From Desulfobacterales bacterium (GTDB taxonomy: Bacteria > Desulfobacterota > Desulfobacteria > Desulfobacterales > JALSRD01): a DNA stretch of 64,000 nt. The stretch is from contig JALSRD010000035.1 of the NCBI GenBank assembly GCA_026984935.1, positions 32,000-95,999 of the forward strand, written 5' to 3'. Both the position numbers and the translations under genes were made by a program. Shown here piece by piece: positions 18,557-30,000 of this stretch. The notes below the pieces were generated by a model that searched no databases, was not told where the DNA came from, and worked only from the letters and a program-made list of their open reading frames with translations. The stretch's first letter is position 1; each line of letters starts with the position of its first letter.

Positions 18557-19708
18557 ATGCGAAAAGAGTTTTTGCCTTTTTCACGCCCTTCCATCACCGA
18601 GGCGGACATTGCCGCCGTGGCGGACGTGCTGCGTTCGGGATGGATCACCAGCGGGCCGCAAAACGCCGCCTTCGAGGAGCAATTTTGCCGCTACGTGGGC
18701 AGCAAAAGCGCGGTGGCGCTTTCCTCGGCCACGGCCGGCATGCACCTGGCGCTGATGGCCGCCGGTATCGGGCCGGGTGACGAGGTCATCACGCCCTCCA
18801 TGACCTGGGTCTCCACCGTCAACCTGATCACCTTGTGCGGTGCCCGTCCCGTTTTCGCCGATATTGAGCGCGACACATTGATGATCAGCGCACGGACCGT
18901 CCAAGACCTGATTTCCGCCCGCACGCGCCTCATCATCCCGGTACACTTTGCCGGCGCGCCGGTGGACATGCACCCGCTGCGCCGTCTGGCCGAACGCCAC
19001 GGCATCGCGATCATCGAAGACGCGGCCCACGCCGCCGGCAGCGCCTACCGCGGCGACCTTGTGGGTGCACATGGCACGGCCATCTTCTCGTTTCATCCCA
19101 TCAAGAACCTGACATGCGCCGAGGGCGGCATGCTGTGCAGCGATGACCCCGCCTTCTGCGAACGTATCCGCAGCCTCAGATTCCACGGACTGGGGGTGGA
19201 CGCCTACGACCGGCGCCGGCAAGGGCGCTCGCCCCAGGCCGAGGTGCAGGAGCCGGGCTTCAAATACAACCTGCCGGACGTGCTGGCCGCCCTCGGCCTG
19301 CAGCAGCTGCACCGCCTGGACGCACTCAACGCCCGGCGTGCACAGCTGGCGGCGCTTTACCGCGAACAGCTGGCGGACATTGATGAAATCCGCCCGCTGG
19401 CCGTTCCCGGCTATCCCCACCGGCACGCCTGGCATCTGTTCGTCATCCGCCTGGACATCGAACGCGCCGGCATGGACCGTGACGCATTCATGCAGGCGCT
19501 CAAAGACCGCAACATCGGCAGCGGCATTCACTTCCGTGCCGTTCACCGGCAGAAGTACTACCGTGAAACGCTGAAGCCGGCGCCGGACCACCTGCCGCAC
19601 ACCGAATGGAATTCGGAGCGTATCTGCTCACTGCCCCTGTTTCCGGATATGCACGCCGAAGACGTGGCCGACGTAACCGCAGCCATCAAGGACATCCTGG
19701 CATCATGA
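18557..19708 (+). CDS. arnB: UDP-4-amino-4-deoxy-L-arabinose--oxoglutarate aminotransferase
   Basis: [43 protein letters not shown]… closely parallels E. coli ArnB (FLPFSRPAMG…SGWITTGPKN). It is a DegT/DnrJ/EryC1 fold with the PLP Lys region FSFHPIKN. Confidence 0.93.
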   Translation: MRKEFLPFSRPSITEADIAAVADVLRSGWITSGPQNAAFEEQFCRYVGSKSAVALSSATAGMHLALMAAGIGPGDEVITPSMTWVSTVNLITLCGARPVFADIERDTLMISARTVQDLISARTRLIIPVHFAGAPVDMHPLRRLAERHGIAIIEDAAHAAGSAYRGDLVGAHGTAIFSFHPIKNLTCAEGGMLCSDDPAFCERIRSLRFHGLGVDAYDRRRQGRSPQAEVQEPGFKYNLPDVLAALGLQQLHRLDALNARRAQLAALYREQLADIDEIRPLAVPGYPHRHAWHLFVIRLDIERAGMDRDAFMQALKDRNIGSGIHFRAVHRQKYYRETLKPAPDHLPHTEWNSERICSLPLFPDMHAEDVADVTAAIKDILAS

Positions 19709-20694
19709 ACACTCCCGGCCTGGTTTCCATCGTCATCCCGGTTTTCAACGAAGCCGAAAACCTGGACGAACTGGTAAACCGCTGCCTGGCTGCCTGCCGC
19801 CGGATGCAGCGTCCCTTCGAAATCATCCTGGTGGATGACGGCAGCAGCGACGGCTCCGATGCACGCATCGAACAGGCGGCCGGCACGCACCCCGAAGTGA
19901 TCGGTGTATTTTTGAACCGCAACTACGGCCAGCACGCGGCGGTTATGGCGGGCTTCGACCAGTGCGCGGGAGAAATCGTCGTCACGCTGGATGCCGATCT
20001 GCAGAATCCGCCCGAGGAGATCCCGCGCCTGGTGGATCACATGCAGGAGGGCATCGACGTGGTGGGCAGCGTGCGCGCCCACCGCCAGGACAGGCTCTCG
20101 CGCCGCCTGGCCTCGGCGCTCATCAACCGCGCCGTGCAGAAATCCACCGGCGTCATGATGCACGACTACGGCTGCATGCTGCGCGCCTACCGGCGGCACA
20201 TCGTCGATGCCATGCGCAGCTGCCACGAGCGCAGCACCTTCATCCCCATCCTGGCCAACAGCTTCGCGCGGGGCACCACGGAGATCGAAGTGCGCCACGA
20301 AGCCCGCCGCAAGGGAAGCTCCAAGTACGGCCTCATCAAACTGCTCTCGCTGCTCTTCGACCTGCTGACGTCCATGACCACGGCCCCTTTGCGGCTGCTG
20401 GGAATCACAGGGGCCGTGGTTTCCGTGGCCGGCATCGGCTTTGGCCTGCTGCTGCTGCTGATGCGCCTCATCTTCGGTGCCCAGTGGGCGGCCGAAGGCG
20501 TGTTCACCCTGTTTGCCATTCTGTTTATCTTCGTGGGCGCCCAGTTCATCGGCATGGGACTGCTGGGCGAATACATCGGCCGCATCTACCACGACGTGCG
20601 CGGCCGGCCGCGCTACTTCGTGCTCAAGGTGCTGGGCAATGAGCGCCGCGACCGGCCGGCAGCTCCCGAAAACCACCCGCCGCCATCGAAATAG
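19705..20694 (+). CDS. arnC: undecaprenyl-phosphate 4-deoxy-4-formamido-L-arabinose transferase
   Basis: Near-colinear with E. coli ArnC: [10 protein letters not shown]…[14 protein letters not shown]…[17 protein letters not shown]…[17 protein letters not shown]…[11 protein letters not shown]…[18 protein letters not shown]. Its ATGA overlaps the arnB stop. Confidence 0.96.
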   Translation: MNTPGLVSIVIPVFNEAENLDELVNRCLAACRRMQRPFEIILVDDGSSDGSDARIEQAAGTHPEVIGVFLNRNYGQHAAVMAGFDQCAGEIVVTLDADLQNPPEEIPRLVDHMQEGIDVVGSVRAHRQDRLSRRLASALINRAVQKSTGVMMHDYGCMLRAYRRHIVDAMRSCHERSTFIPILANSFARGTTEIEVRHEARRKGSSKYGLIKLLSLLFDLLTSMTTAPLRLLGITGAVVSVAGIGFGLLLLLMRLIFGAQWAAEGVFTLFAILFIFVGAQFIGMGLLGEYIGRIYHDVRGRPRYFVLKVLGNERRDRPAAPENHPPPSK

Positions 20695-20714
20695 ATCGGA
20701 ATAGAAAGGAATCC

Positions 20715-22766
20715 ATGAAGACCATTGTACTGGCCTACCACAACATCGGCTGCATCGGCATCCGGGCGCTGATCAAACACGGCTTCGAGATCGCCGCCGT
20801 TTTTACCCACGCCGACCAGCCGGGAGAGCGGATCTGGTTCGATTCGGTGGCCGAGCTGGCCGCCGACCACGACATCCCGGTCTTTGCCCCCGAGAGCATC
20901 AACCATCCCCTGTGGGTTGCCCGCATCCGGGAAATGCAGCCCGAAATCCTCTTTTCCTTCTACTACCGCAACATGGTGGGTGCCGAGGTGCTGGGCATCC
21001 CGCCGCGCGGCGCCCTGAACCTGCACGGCTCCCTGCTGCCACGCTACCGCGGACGCTGCCCCATCAACTGGGTGCTGATCAACGGAGAGCACGAAACCGG
21101 GGTCAGCCTGCACCACATGGTGCTCAAACCAGATGCCGGCGACATCGTCGCCCAGCAAAAAATCCCCATCGACGCCGACGATACGGCGCTTTCCCTGCAC
21201 GCCAAGGCGGCTGCCGCCAGTGCGCAGCTGCTCGATACGATCCTGCCGCATATCAAGAGCGGCACCGCCCCGCGCATCCCCCAGGATGCATCCCGGGCCA
21301 CCTACTTCGGCGGCCGCAGCGCCGCCGACGGGGAAATCGACTGGCAGCAGCCCGCGGCGGCGATCTACAACCTGGCGCGCGCGGTCACCCACCCCTACCC
21401 GGGCGCTTTCAGCTACATGGGCCGCCGCAAGTGCATTTTCTGGAAACTCACGCCCGTAGCCCACGGCCACGGACAGCCGGGAACCGTGCTTTCGACCGAC
21501 CCGCTGAAAATTGCCTGCGCCGACGGCGCCCTGCAGGTCGAAAGTGCCCAGGTCGCAGGCGGCATCCCCGTCAGCGGCAGCCAGCTGGTCAGCGAAATGG
21601 GGCTGGCCGCAGGTATGCGCTTTACCAAACAGTTGCGCGACGCGCCTGCCGGCGTGTGCAAAAAGCACGTGCTCATCCTGGGGGTGGACGGCTTCATCGG
21701 CAGCCACCTGAGCGAGCGCCTGCTGGATTCGGGGAAATACGAAGTCCACGGCATGGACCTGGACCGGCACTCCCTGGACGGCCTGCTGGACCGCCCCGGT
21801 TTTCACTTCAGCGAGGGAGACATCTCCATCCACCGCGAGTGGATCGAATACCACGTCCGCAAGTGCGATATCGTGATCCCGCTGGTGGCCATCGCCACTC
21901 CCATCGAATACGTGCGCAACCCGCTGCGCGTCTTCGAACTCGACTTCGAAGAGAACCTGCGCATCGTGCGCTACTGCGCCAAGTACGGCAAACGCATCCT
22001 GTTTCCCTCCACTTCGGAAGTCTACGGCATGTGCGAGGACCCCCTGTTCGACGAGGACCGCTCGCGCCTGGTGCTGGGCCCCATCCGCAAGCAGCGCTGG
22101 ATATACTCCTGCTGCAAACAGCTGCTCGACCGGGTCATCTGGGCATACGGCAGCAAGCAGGGGCTGCGGTTTACCCTGTTTCGGCCCTTCAACTGGATCG
22201 GCCCGCGGTTAGACAGCCTGGCCTCGGCGCGCATCGGCAGTTCACGCGCCATCACCCAGCTGATCCTCAACCTCACCGAAGGCATGCCCATTCAGCTGGT
22301 CGACGGCGGCAGCCAGAAGCGCTGCTTCACGGATGTCGAAGACGGAGTGGAATGCCTCTTTCGCATCATCGAAAACAAAGACGGCTGCTGCGACGGACGT
22401 ATCTTCAACATCGGCAGCCCGGACAACGAAGCCAGTATCGCCCAGCTGGCCGACATGTTGATCGAAAAATTCCAGGCCCATCCGCTACGCGCAAAATTCC
22501 CGCCCTTAGCCGGCCTGCACCGGGTGGAAAGCCGCACTTTTTACGGCAGCGGATACGAGGATGTGCATCACCGCAAGCCGAGCATCGAGAACGCACGCCG
22601 TTTTCTCAACTGGACCCCGCGGATCAGTCTGGCGGAATCCGTGGAGAAGACCCTGGACTTTTTCCTGCGCGAAGCTGTGCAGTCCTGCGCGTTCGACCCC
22701 AGCCTGCCGGCCGCGCCGGCTACGGAAGATGCCACCCGCCCCGACATGGCGGAAGGTGCCGGGTGA
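20715..22766 (+). CDS. arnA: bifunctional UDP-L-Ara4N formyltransferase / UDP-glucuronate C-4'' decarboxylase
   Basis: 683 aa. The N-terminal formyltransferase has [19 protein letters not shown]. The C-terminal SDR decarboxylase has [14 protein letters not shown]… and [10 protein letters not shown] (YxxxK). Domain order is the same as E. coli ArnA. Confidence 0.96.
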   Translation: MKTIVLAYHNIGCIGIRALIKHGFEIAAVFTHADQPGERIWFDSVAELAADHDIPVFAPESINHPLWVARIREMQPEILFSFYYRNMVGAEVLGIPPRGALNLHGSLLPRYRGRCPINWVLINGEHETGVSLHHMVLKPDAGDIVAQQKIPIDADDTALSLHAKAAAASAQLLDTILPHIKSGTAPRIPQDASRATYFGGRSAADGEIDWQQPAAAIYNLARAVTHPYPGAFSYMGRRKCIFWKLTPVAHGHGQPGTVLSTDPLKIACADGALQVESAQVAGGIPVSGSQLVSEMGLAAGMRFTKQLRDAPAGVCKKHVLILGVDGFIGSHLSERLLDSGKYEVHGMDLDRHSLDGLLDRPGFHFSEGDISIHREWIEYHVRKCDIVIPLVAIATPIEYVRNPLRVFELDFEENLRIVRYCAKYGKRILFPSTSEVYGMCEDPLFDEDRSRLVLGPIRKQRWIYSCCKQLLDRVIWAYGSKQGLRFTLFRPFNWIGPRLDSLASARIGSSRAITQLILNLTEGMPIQLVDGGSQKRCFTDVEDGVECLFRIIENKDGCCDGRIFNIGSPDNEASIAQLADMLIEKFQAHPLRAKFPPLAGLHRVESRTFYGSGYEDVHHRKPSIENARRFLNWTPRISLAESVEKTLDFFLREAVQSCAFDPSLPAAPATEDATRPDMAEGAG

Positions 22767-23659
22767 AAGTCGGGCTGCGCATCGACGTCGACACCCTGCG
22801 GGGCACGCGCCGGGGCGTACCGGCCCTGCTGCAGCTGCTTGAAACGCTGGGAGTGCGCGCCAGCTTCTTTTTCTGCGTGGGTCCGGACAACATGGGGCGC
22901 AACGCTTTGCGCCTGCTGCGGCCGGACTTCCTCAAGAAAATGCGGCGCACGCACGCCGCCGGCCTGTACGGCTGGGACATTCTGCTCAAGGGCACGCTGG
23001 GCCCCGGCCCCAACATTGCACACCACGCCGGCAGCGTTATCGGCCAGACCGCCGCCAGGGGGCATGAAATCGGCCTGCACGCCTGGGACCACTGGGCCTG
23101 GCAGGCACGCATCGAACGTATGACACCGGCGGCCGTGCGGCGCAGCCTGGAAAAAGGCGTCGTACGGCTCCGGCAACTGACCGGCAGGAGGCCCGTGTGC
23201 TCCGCGGCGCCGGCCTGGAAGTGCACCGACCGGGTACTGCGCGAAAAAAACCGTTTCGCCTTTGCCTACAACAGCGACTGCCGCGGGCACAGCATCTTTT
23301 ACCCGCGTGCGGGCCGCGAAATACTCCCCCAACCACAGATTCCCGTAACCCTTCCGACTTACGATGAAGTCGTGGGCCGAGAAGGCGTCACGGCGGCGGA
23401 TTTCAACACCTATCTGTTCAGGTGCCTGCGGCCGGGAGCGCTCAACGTGCTGACCATTCACGCCGAAGTCGAAGGCATCGCCTGCCTGAAGCTGTTCGCC
23501 GGTTTTGCCCGCCGCGCCAGGGCCAGGGGAGTTACGCTGACGCCGCTGGGCGAACTGCTGGGCGATACGCGCCGCATCGCGCCCGCGGCCATCGTCACCG
23601 CCGAGACACCCGGCCGCCAGGGGTGGCTTTCGCTGCAGGAAGGAACCCATCCGGCATGA
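22763..23659 (+). CDS. arnD: 4-deoxy-4-formamido-L-arabinose-phosphoundecaprenol deformylase
   Basis: GTG 22763 overlaps the arnA stop (GTGA). [23 protein letters not shown]…[12 protein letters not shown]…LYGWDILL…[11 protein letters not shown]…[11 protein letters not shown]…TIHAEVEG closely parallels E. coli ArnD. Confidence 0.95.
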   Translation: MKVGLRIDVDTLRGTRRGVPALLQLLETLGVRASFFFCVGPDNMGRNALRLLRPDFLKKMRRTHAAGLYGWDILLKGTLGPGPNIAHHAGSVIGQTAARGHEIGLHAWDHWAWQARIERMTPAAVRRSLEKGVVRLRQLTGRRPVCSAAPAWKCTDRVLREKNRFAFAYNSDCRGHSIFYPRAGREILPQPQIPVTLPTYDEVVGREGVTAADFNTYLFRCLRPGALNVLTIHAEVEGIACLKLFAGFARRARARGVTLTPLGELLGDTRRIAPAAIVTAETPGRQGWLSLQEGTHPA

Positions 23660-25311
23660 AGGCGGCTGGGCGCCCATACAACGGCCTGAAGCTGGGAGTA
23701 CTTTTCCTGCTGATCTACCTTCTGCCGCTGGGATTCAGGCCGCTGATCATCCCGGACGAGATGCGCTACGCCGAGATCCCCAGGGAGATGATCGCTTCAG
23801 GCAACTGGGTGGTTCCGCGTTTAAACGGCCTGCGCTACTTCGAAAAGCCGGTCATGGGCTACTGGCTGACCGCCGCCGGCATCACACTTTTCGGACACAA
23901 CGCGTTCGGCGCCCGCTTTTCATCGGCGCTCACCACCGGACTGGCGGCGCTGCTGATCTTTACGCTCGTGCGGCGATACACCACAGGCTCCCACCTGGCA
24001 TTTTCGGCAACGGCCATCTTTCTGACCCTTTTCCAGGTGGCCGCCCTGGGCACCTTCAACCTGCTGGATGCCACGCTGGCCTTTTTCGTGACCGCCGCCA
24101 TGGCCGCTTTTTTCGCTGCCGTGCAGCAACCGGCCGGCAGCCGGTATAAAGGGCTCCTGCTGGCACTGTGCGGCATCTGCTGCGGCGGCGGTTTTCTGAC
24201 CAAAGGCTTCGTGGCCTTTGCCATCCCCGCCGTTTCCGCCGTCCCCTTCATGCTCTGGCAGCGGCGATTCAAAGAACTTCTGGTGATCGGCTGGATCCCG
24301 CTGCTCTGTGCGCTGTTGACCGCCGCACCCTGGGCGCTGATGATCCACCAACAGGCACCGGACTTCTGGCATTTTTTCATCATAAATGAACACATTCGCC
24401 GCTTTGCGGCCGCCGATGCCCAACACCGGGCCTTTTTCGGCTACTACCTGCTCCTGCTGCCGGCAGCCGCCCTGCCCTGGAGCGCCTTTTTCCCGGCGGC
24501 CGCCATCGGCATCCGCAAAACCGGCACGCGCCAGGCACTGCAGCGCTGGGCGCTGTGCTGGTTCGTCTTCCCGCTGCTCTTTTTTTCAGTGGCACACGGC
24601 AAGATCCTGACCTACATCCTGCCCTGCTTCGCGCCGCTTGCCATCCTGGCCGCTTGCGGCCTGCAGGCCTACTTCGAACGCGGGCACCAGAAGGCTTTCG
24701 GTATCGCGGCGCAGGCGCTGTCCGTTTCCGCTTTCCTGTGCGCGGCGGCCATCGCCAGCGTTCAACTCACGGGCCTTCATGGCCTCAGGCCCTATACCGC
24801 TTTCTGGAAAATGCTGCCGGCGGCCGGCGGCCTGACCGCCTTCGCCCTGCTGCTGTCCGGGGCCGCCCGCAGCCGCAATTCGCAGAAAAAAATCTGCATG
24901 GTCGCGCTTGCATCACTGGCCGTTTTCGCCGCCGCGCCGTTTTCCATTCCCCATGAAACCCTGGTTCGCAAGGCCCCCGGCGACTTCCTGCAGCGCATGG
25001 CCACGCACATACATCCCGATACGATCCTGGTGGCCGACGAAAGGCCGCTTTTGGCGGTCTGCTGGACCTACCGGCGCAGCGACGTCTACCAACTGGGGGC
25101 CGGCGGCGAGCTGATGTACGGTTTCCGCTACGCCGATGCCCGCAACCGGCTGCTGAATCCCGCACAGTTCTCCCAATTGATCGGCACGGCACCGGGACGA
25201 GTCGCACTGGTGGCCTCGGCCGAAAAATACCGGAGGTGGCAGCCGGACCTGCCACATCCGGTTTTTATGGACCGCAGCGCCGACAACGGCTTTGTGTTCG
25301 CCCAATGGTGA
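23656..25311 (+). CDS. arnT: undecaprenyl phosphate-alpha-L-Ara4N:lipid A arabinosyltransferase
   Basis: ATGA overlap with the arnD stop. GT83/PMT-type polytopic protein with LPLGFRPLIIPDEMRYAEIPREMIASGNWVVP (ArnT signature DE.RYAEI.REM). About 551 aa, like E. coli ArnT. Confidence 0.93.
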   Translation: MKAAGRPYNGLKLGVLFLLIYLLPLGFRPLIIPDEMRYAEIPREMIASGNWVVPRLNGLRYFEKPVMGYWLTAAGITLFGHNAFGARFSSALTTGLAALLIFTLVRRYTTGSHLAFSATAIFLTLFQVAALGTFNLLDATLAFFVTAAMAAFFAAVQQPAGSRYKGLLLALCGICCGGGFLTKGFVAFAIPAVSAVPFMLWQRRFKELLVIGWIPLLCALLTAAPWALMIHQQAPDFWHFFIINEHIRRFAAADAQHRAFFGYYLLLLPAAALPWSAFFPAAAIGIRKTGTRQALQRWALCWFVFPLLFFSVAHGKILTYILPCFAPLAILAACGLQAYFERGHQKAFGIAAQALSVSAFLCAAAIASVQLTGLHGLRPYTAFWKMLPAAGGLTAFALLLSGAARSRNSQKKICMVALASLAVFAAAPFSIPHETLVRKAPGDFLQRMATHIHPDTILVADERPLLAVCWTYRRSDVYQLGAGGELMYGFRYADARNRLLNPAQFSQLIGTAPGRVALVASAEKYRRWQPDLPHPVFMDRSADNGFVFAQW

Positions 25312-25432
25312 GACCGGAGCCGGTGCCGATTTACACCGGCGGCGCTTTGTGCTACACAATAGTTCGGAAGCCCGCAGGCGCCGTTTAAGCGGCATATTCC
25401 GGCGTCCGGAACACCAACTAATAGAGGGGCCC

Positions 25433-26116
25433 GTGAACAGGAAAGACGCCAGCGGCGGTGCAGCGGTCGAACGCCTGGTCAAACTGCCATTTAAAAAATC
25501 CTTGGAGATCTCCATCAAAAGCCTGCGGGCCCGTTTTTACCGCTCGCTGATCACGACGCTTAGCCTGGTGCTGGCGGTGTCTTTTTTGAGTTTTGTGCGC
25601 GTGGGAACGGACGTCGCCAACGGCCTCCTGGCCACCGGCGACCCGGCGCTGCGGCAGGCCCTGGTGCGGTCGGGTTACGACCTGGGGCCTGAAGATACGC
25701 ACACCGGCAGCAGCCCCAAACAGCGCTGGATTATCATCCTGTCACTGGTGGTCTGCACGGTGGGCATCATCAATGCGCAACTGATGGCGGTTACCGAAAG
25801 GTTCCGCGAAATCGGCACCATGAAATGCCTCGGGGCCCTGGACCGCTTTATTCTGAGACTCTTTCTCCTGGAATCGGGGATGCAGGGGCTGGCCGGCGCC
25901 TTTGCCGGAGCGCTCATCGGGGCCTTCTTTGCCGTGATCGGTGCCGGACTGCATTACGGAACGGTGGTTTTGCGTGTACTGCCGCTGTCGGACGTGGCCA
26001 TTTCCGTCGGCCTGGCCACCGGCGTGGGGTGCCTGCTGAGCCTGGTCGGCGTGCTTTACCCGGCCATTGTGGCCGCCCGCATGCAGCCGGTGGACGCCAT
26101 GCGCGTGGAACATTAG
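25433..26116 (+). CDS. FtsX-family ABC permease, minimal type (4 TM, very short periplasmic loop)
   Basis: GTG 25433 follows an AGAGGGG RBS. SLRARFYRSLITTLSLVLAVSFLSF (TM1), about 45 aa of loop, then the FtsX core IINAQLMAVTERFREIGTMKCLGALDRFILRLFLLESGMQGL…LYPAIVAARMQPVDAMR. Confidence 0.85.
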   Translation: MNRKDASGGAAVERLVKLPFKKSLEISIKSLRARFYRSLITTLSLVLAVSFLSFVRVGTDVANGLLATGDPALRQALVRSGYDLGPEDTHTGSSPKQRWIIILSLVVCTVGIINAQLMAVTERFREIGTMKCLGALDRFILRLFLLESGMQGLAGAFAGALIGAFFAVIGAGLHYGTVVLRVLPLSDVAISVGLATGVGCLLSLVGVLYPAIVAARMQPVDAMRVEH

Positions 26117-26175
26117 TGACGGTTGATTTCAAGGGTTCGGAGTGAAGCGCTAAAAACCAGACGATAGTCCAAGCC

Positions 26176-26913
26176 ATGCCGCAGACGACACACATCGTAC
26201 GCGTATCCAAAGTGACCAAGAACTTTCATCTCGGCAAAGTCGAGGTGCGGGTGCTGAAAGGCATCGACCTGGAGATTGAACGCGGCAACTACATCTCCAT
26301 CATGGGGCCGTCCGGATCGGGCAAGAGCACGCTCTTCAACATGATCGGCGGCCTGGACAAACCCACCTCCGGCAAGGTCTTTATCGACGACGTGGACATC
26401 GCCCAGCTCGATGCCTATGAGCTGGCCTGGCTGCGCTGCCGTAAAATCGGCTATATTTTCCAGACTTTCAACATCATTCCGGTGATGACCGCGCTGGAGA
26501 ATGTCACCCTGCCCATGATTTTTGCCGGCGTGGGCAATGACGAGGCTGTTGAAAAGGGCATTCAGCTGCTGGAGCTGGTGGGTCTGGGCGACCGCTTTCA
26601 GCACAAGCCGTCCGAGCTTTCCGGCGGCCAGCAGCAACGCGTGGCCGTGGCCCGTGCACTGGCCAACGACCCGGCCATCATCCTGGCCGACGAACCCACG
26701 GGCAACCTGGACCTGACCACCGGCGAAGAAATTATCTACCTGCTCAAGCGGTTGTGCCGCGAACGCGGGGTAACCGTGATCTCCGCGACCCACGACTTCA
26801 AAATGCTCAACGTTTCAGACCAGGTGGTATGGATCCGCGACGGTCTGATCGATAAGATCGAGGGCCGTGACGAGCTTTCCATCTCGGTGGGTGAAATCGG
26901 CCGACGGGATTAA
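26176..26913 (+). CDS. ABC transporter ATP-binding protein (MacB/LolD/FtsE class)
   Basis: Walker [10 protein letters not shown]; Q-loop; signature [15 protein letters not shown]; Walker [13 protein letters not shown]; H-loop ATHD. Confidence 0.95.
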   Translation: MPQTTHIVRVSKVTKNFHLGKVEVRVLKGIDLEIERGNYISIMGPSGSGKSTLFNMIGGLDKPTSGKVFIDDVDIAQLDAYELAWLRCRKIGYIFQTFNIIPVMTALENVTLPMIFAGVGNDEAVEKGIQLLELVGLGDRFQHKPSELSGGQQQRVAVARALANDPAIILADEPTGNLDLTTGEEIIYLLKRLCRERGVTVISATHDFKMLNVSDQVVWIRDGLIDKIEGRDELSISVGEIGRRD

Positions 26914-27025
26914 ACAATACCCCGCTCTGACACCTGCTGCACGTGCGCCCCGCCGGCGGTATCATCAATTGCAGACGGTTTTTTTATATTTCACTTTCGG
27001 CTTAAAATGTAAAATTGCTACCCAT

Positions 27026-30000
27026 ATGTCGATCCGCACTACTTCAGCAGACCGCCCAACACGCTGTGACCCGCCTGGCAGGTGGTATCGGCAGGCCTGC
27101 CTGTGCACGCTGGCCTGCGGCCTGATCCTGGCGATAATGTGCGCCGGCGCATTTGCCAAAGATTCCGAACCCGAAACCTTCAGCACCCTGATCGCGCGCT
27201 TCAGCAGAACCGGCGACCGCAGCACCGGCACACCGGGCAACGCCGCAGCCGCCCGGTTGATCAAAGCGGCCTTCAAGCGCAACGGGCTGGCGCCGGTGGG
27301 CAGCCAGTACTTCTCTCAACCTGTCCTGCAATTCGGACCCAGCCATCTGGTATTGCCCCAGCGCCACCTGCAGATTGCGATCTCGGCACTTGCCGCCAAC
27401 ATCATCGCACCGAACACGGTCCCTCCCGGAGGCATCGAGGGTCCGCTGATCTATGTGGGCGACGGCGCATTGCAGCACTTAAGCGGCAAAACCATCCGGG
27501 GTGCCGTGGTACTGATGGAACTGGACTCGGGCCGGAACTGGCAGTCGGCGGCCGACCTGGGAGCACGGGCTTTGATCTACATCGACCGCGGCGTAACCGA
27601 CAAAACACTTTTCGACGAGAAAATCGAACTGACACCGCTGCAGTTTCCGCGCTTCGACGTTCCCGCGGCAGACCTGCACAAGCTCTTCGGCGATTTCGAA
27701 AAGGCCCCCCGTGGCCTTGTGGCCGGCCGCATCCGCATCGACGGCCGTGCCCGATGGGTCAACGCCCCGGCCGAAAATATCTACGCACTGGTCGAGGGCA
27801 GCGATTCCAAACTCAAAGAAGAGCTGATCATCGTCGAGACTTTTTACGACAGCAGTCGGCGGGTCGCTGGGCATTCGCCCGGCGCCGATGAAGCCTGCGG
27901 CATCGCCAGCCTGCTGAATCTGGCCCGGGACCTGAAAAGCCACCCGCCGGCACGCTCCGTTCTGCTGGTGGCCACCGGCGCCCATGCCCAGACGCTGGCC
28001 GGCATGCGTGAACTGATCGCGGCCATCCGCACCCGCAGTCTTGATATGCGCCGGCGCAAAAGGATGCTCAAAGCCCTTGCCTCGCACAGCCGCGAGGTAT
28101 TGCAGCGCCTGCGGCAGGCCATGCAGACCGACGACCTGCAGCAGCTTCTGTCCGATGACCCGCGCATCAACCGGCAGGTGCACCAGGCACTCAACGACCG
28201 CATCAAAACGCGCACCGATCACCTCTCGCGCCTTTTGATGAAACTGCGTCTGCAGACAGCCGGCCGGCAACAGGCGGCCATCGATGCCGCCGCCAACCGC
28301 CGCCTTTTGCTGCGGCGGCTGGGATGGCGCCAGACTTTCGCGGACCTGCCGCCCGCCGAAGCGGCTGTTTTGAAAACCCTGATCCCCGAAACCATGGCCG
28401 CCCAGAAACACATCCTGGCCGACGCCCGGCGGCAGTTGAAGCAGATCAAAAGCGCGCGCGCACTGCGTGCCGTCGTCAAAAGCCACGAACTCACGGCGGT
28501 CATTGCGCTGCACCTCTCCAGCCACGGCGACGGTGTGGGCGCCTTCAGCCGCGGTTTTCTCTACCCCCTGAAACCGACCATCAACCGCGTCACGCCTTAC
28601 AGCCGGCTGGACGAAGTCCTCAGGCAGGCGGCGGCCGAGGTTCAGCAACAGCTGGGCGTCAAAGGGTTCTTTCACGATACCCTGCGGCCCAGCCACCTGA
28701 AACCCTGGCAGAGCTTCTTCATCGACCGGCCCCTGCTGGGCGGCGAAGTGGCGTCGCTGGCCGGATACCTGGGCATCTCGCTGGCCACCACCAACGATGC
28801 GCGCCGGGCCTGGGGCACCCCCGGCGACCGGCCCGAAAACATGGATATGGTTTTTGCCGCACGGCAGGACCGGCTGGTGCGCGGGGTCATCCGCTACCTG
28901 GCGCAGGGCCATCCGCTGACCACCAACATCTCCCCGCGCAATGGGTTCGCCACGGTCAACGGCCGGGTCAACTTTCTGCGCCAGGGCGAACTTTTCGCCG
29001 ACCAGGCGGCACCCGACAGCGTCATCCTGGCCTACCAGGGCCCCGTCCACTACCTGGCCATGACCGATGCCCGCGGGACGTTCATGCTAAAAGGTGTCGC
29101 CGACAAAAAGCACGAACTGCACAAAGTCATCATCGAAGGCTACAGGTTCGACCCGGACAGCGGCACGGCCATCTGGGCCATTGACAAAAAAAAGACCGGC
29201 AAACCGGCGTACCGGCTCAAAATGAAACGGCGGCGCATGGTCACCAACCTGGTCATGTTCGCCTGCCGGCAGAGTACGCTGTTCAACCTCCTGGAACCGC
29301 GCAATTTTCACTACATGACCAAAATCCAGCTATTGGACGGCCGTCGCAACGCGCCACCACTGCGGTACTGGTTCAGCCGCACGGATACCCGCTCTTCCAC
29401 GCTCCTGTCCCTCTTCCTGGAGCCGGGAACGCCTTTCAAGTTGACCCTTGCGGACACGGTGCTGCGCAAAAAACTGATCCTGATCAATGCCGCCCCCGAA
29501 AACCCCAACGGCAGCGGCTACCGTATCGACGACTGGCCTTTTCTGCAGCCGACCGAACTCAAGGTGGCCCGCGACATGTGGACCCTGCTGGCACCCCGGA
29601 TTACCAACCTGGAAGCGCACGGCATTTTCGACGCCCGCATCCGCGGCCTGCAGCGGGCCGGTACGGCCGCCCTGGAGCAGGCGCAAAAAGCGCTGGCAGC
29701 CCGGCGCTACAGCCGCTTCTCGGAAGAAGCCCTCAAATCCTGGGCACTGGCCACCCGGGTTTACGATCATGTCGAAAAAACCCAGAAAGACGTGCTTTTC
29801 GGCGTGCTTTTTTATATCGCCCTGTTCGTCCCTTTTGCTTTCTGCGCCGAACGGCTGCTGTTCTCCTACACCAATATCCACAAACGCATCGTCGCCTTTC
29901 TGGCGATCCTGCTGCTGCTGATCGCGGTCATTTACAAGGTGCATCCGGCCTTTCAGCTGGCCTACAGCCCCACTGTCGTGATCCTGGCCTTTTTTATCAT

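Noticed and set aside
20912-22762. 915-aa ORF (20912-23659) in the track that spans most of arnA in another frame
   Set aside because: Its first ~617 codons are Arg/Pro/Gly/Ala-rich off-frame translation of arnA, typical of high-GC shadow frames, with no recognisable domain. Only the last part, from GTG 22763, is real (arnD).
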